Shown: positions 62,826 to 64,000 of the stretch, in pieces
Layout of the letters: each line of letters starts with the position of its first letter
Position numbering within the stretch: position 1 is the first letter of the stretch
The notes under the pieces: generated by a model
What the model saw: only the letters and a program-made list of their open reading frames with translations
Databases searched by the model: none
What the model was told of the DNA's origin: nothing
Position numbers and translations under genes: made by a program
Assembly (NCBI GenBank): GCA_003021085.1
Contig: PXRE01000026.1
Span: forward strand, 66,559-130,558
Direction: 5' to 3'
From: Halobacteriales archaeon QS_1_68_20
GTDB lineage: Archaea; Halobacteriota; Halobacteria; Halobacteriales; PXRE01
Length of the DNA: 64,000 nucleotides

Positions 62826-63439
62826 TGGAGACCGACGGAGACGGCCGGGGCGACGCCGAGTCTTCCGACGCCGATAGCTCGGACTCCGGGGTCCCCGACA
62901 CCGAGGACCTGACGGTCGCGCTCGTCACCGCGGTGGCCGAGAACGACGTCATCGGGCGCGGCGGCGAACTGCCGTGGCACTACCCGGAGGACCTCCAGCA
63001 CTTCAAGGAGACGACGATGGGCCACCCCGTCGTGATGGGCCGCCGGACGTTCGAGGGCATCGTCGACAGACTCGGCGAACCGCTCCCCGGCCGGACGAAC
63101 GTCGTACTCTCGTCGCGGGACCTCGACCTCCCGGAGGGAGCGGTCCACGCGAACTCGATTCCGTCTGCCCTGGACGCCGCCCGGGAGGCCCTTTCGGCGG
63201 ACGCCGCCGAGGACGCTGACGGTGACGGGCCGGGAGCGGACCGGACGGTCTACGTCGTCGGCGGTGCGTCCGTCTACGAGCAGTTCCTCCCGCTGGCCGA
63301 CCGACTGGTGCTGACCGAGATACCCCTGGAACCGGAGGGGGACACCTACTTCCCGGCGGTCGACTGGTCCCAGTGGGCGGCGGTCGAACGGGACGACCGT
63401 GGCGACCTCTCGTTCGTCACCTACGAGCGCCGGGCGTGA
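62825..63439 (+). CDS. folA: Dihydrofolate reductase
   Basis: VIG...LPWHYPEDLQHFK, MGRRTF, PLPGRTNVVLS, GGASVY, GDTYFP; TGATG overlap with thyA. Confidence 0.95.
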   Translation: METDGDGRGDAESSDADSSDSGVPDTEDLTVALVTAVAENDVIGRGGELPWHYPEDLQHFKETTMGHPVVMGRRTFEGIVDRLGEPLPGRTNVVLSSRDLDLPEGAVHANSIPSALDAAREALSADAAEDADGDGPGADRTVYVVGGASVYEQFLPLADRLVLTEIPLEPEGDTYFPAVDWSQWAAVERDDRGDLSFVTYERRA

Positions 63440-63640
63440 GGTCGGACAGAAGTGATCGTATTTTGACTATTCGACGGAGGATTCGATCCCGTCCGCGACC
63501 GACCGTGCCCTGGCCGTAACTCAGTCACGCAGATCGATCGACGGAATCGAGTGCCGAGACGACGATCATTGCTGATAGTAATTTGATAGTGCCCGGTAAG
63601 CATTTGTGCTACGGCTTCGCACACCCGAGCGTGGAGGGAA

Positions 63641-64000
63641 ATGTCAGAGATCAGTAAACCGGAGTCGAGGGTAGTCACCTGGTACCGGGAGCGAATCGGG
63701 GAACCCCGCCACAGCGACGAAGTGTACGGGTACTGGGCGTTCGCGTTCGGCATCGTACTGTCGCTTCTGGGCGTCCCGTTGTTCCTGCTGACGACGACGA
63801 TGGAGCGGCCGCCGCGTCGGACTCGGGCGCCGCCTACTGGAACCTCCGGGCCATCGGCTACGTGTTCGCCGCGGTGGGCCTGCCGGTGGCCCCGGTCGGC
63901 GCCATCGTCAGGATGCCCCTCCAGCGTCGCGCGACCCAGGCCGGGTACCTCGGGGTGAGCATCTGCGTCCTCGCGGCCGTCTGGTTCGTCACCGTGTTCC
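63641..64000 (+). pseudogene. Haloarchaeal membrane protein frameshifted near 63815; runs off window
   Basis: YRERIGEP...DEVYGYW plus a TM helix, then the hydrophobic continuation AYWNLRAIGYVFAAVGLP lies in another frame. Confidence 0.6.

Noticed and set aside
61827..63439. thyA-folA fusion
   Set aside because: Two separate genes coupled by TGATG; an ordinary operon.

Overview
GC-rich chromosomal segment of a halophilic archaeon (Halobacteria), judged from acidic proteins, Tat signal peptides, TFB, aPelota, Rqc2, Elp3 and haloarchaeal-type ThyA/DHFR. A housekeeping backbone (sod, lhr, pelA, rqc2, surE, elp3, recJ-like, tdk, mutY, purL, thyA-folA) is interleaved with accessory genes: Tat-exported proteins, a metzincin-like pair, a nucleotide-sugar cluster and an orphan OB-fold protein. 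I found no rRNA, tRNA, CRISPR array or transposase. Three signals stand out. (1) A modular non-coding palindromic element occurs in four co-oriented copies plus one related head-to-head locus; each copy ends in a 19-nt direct repeat with an exact 50-nt period and a gap-free but variable 31-nt segment. (2) A similar perfect hairpin lies in frame inside mutY. (3) About ten genes, mostly non-essential, carry internal deletions or frameshifts while the large core genes are intact. Family names come from motif recognition by eye, not from database searches.
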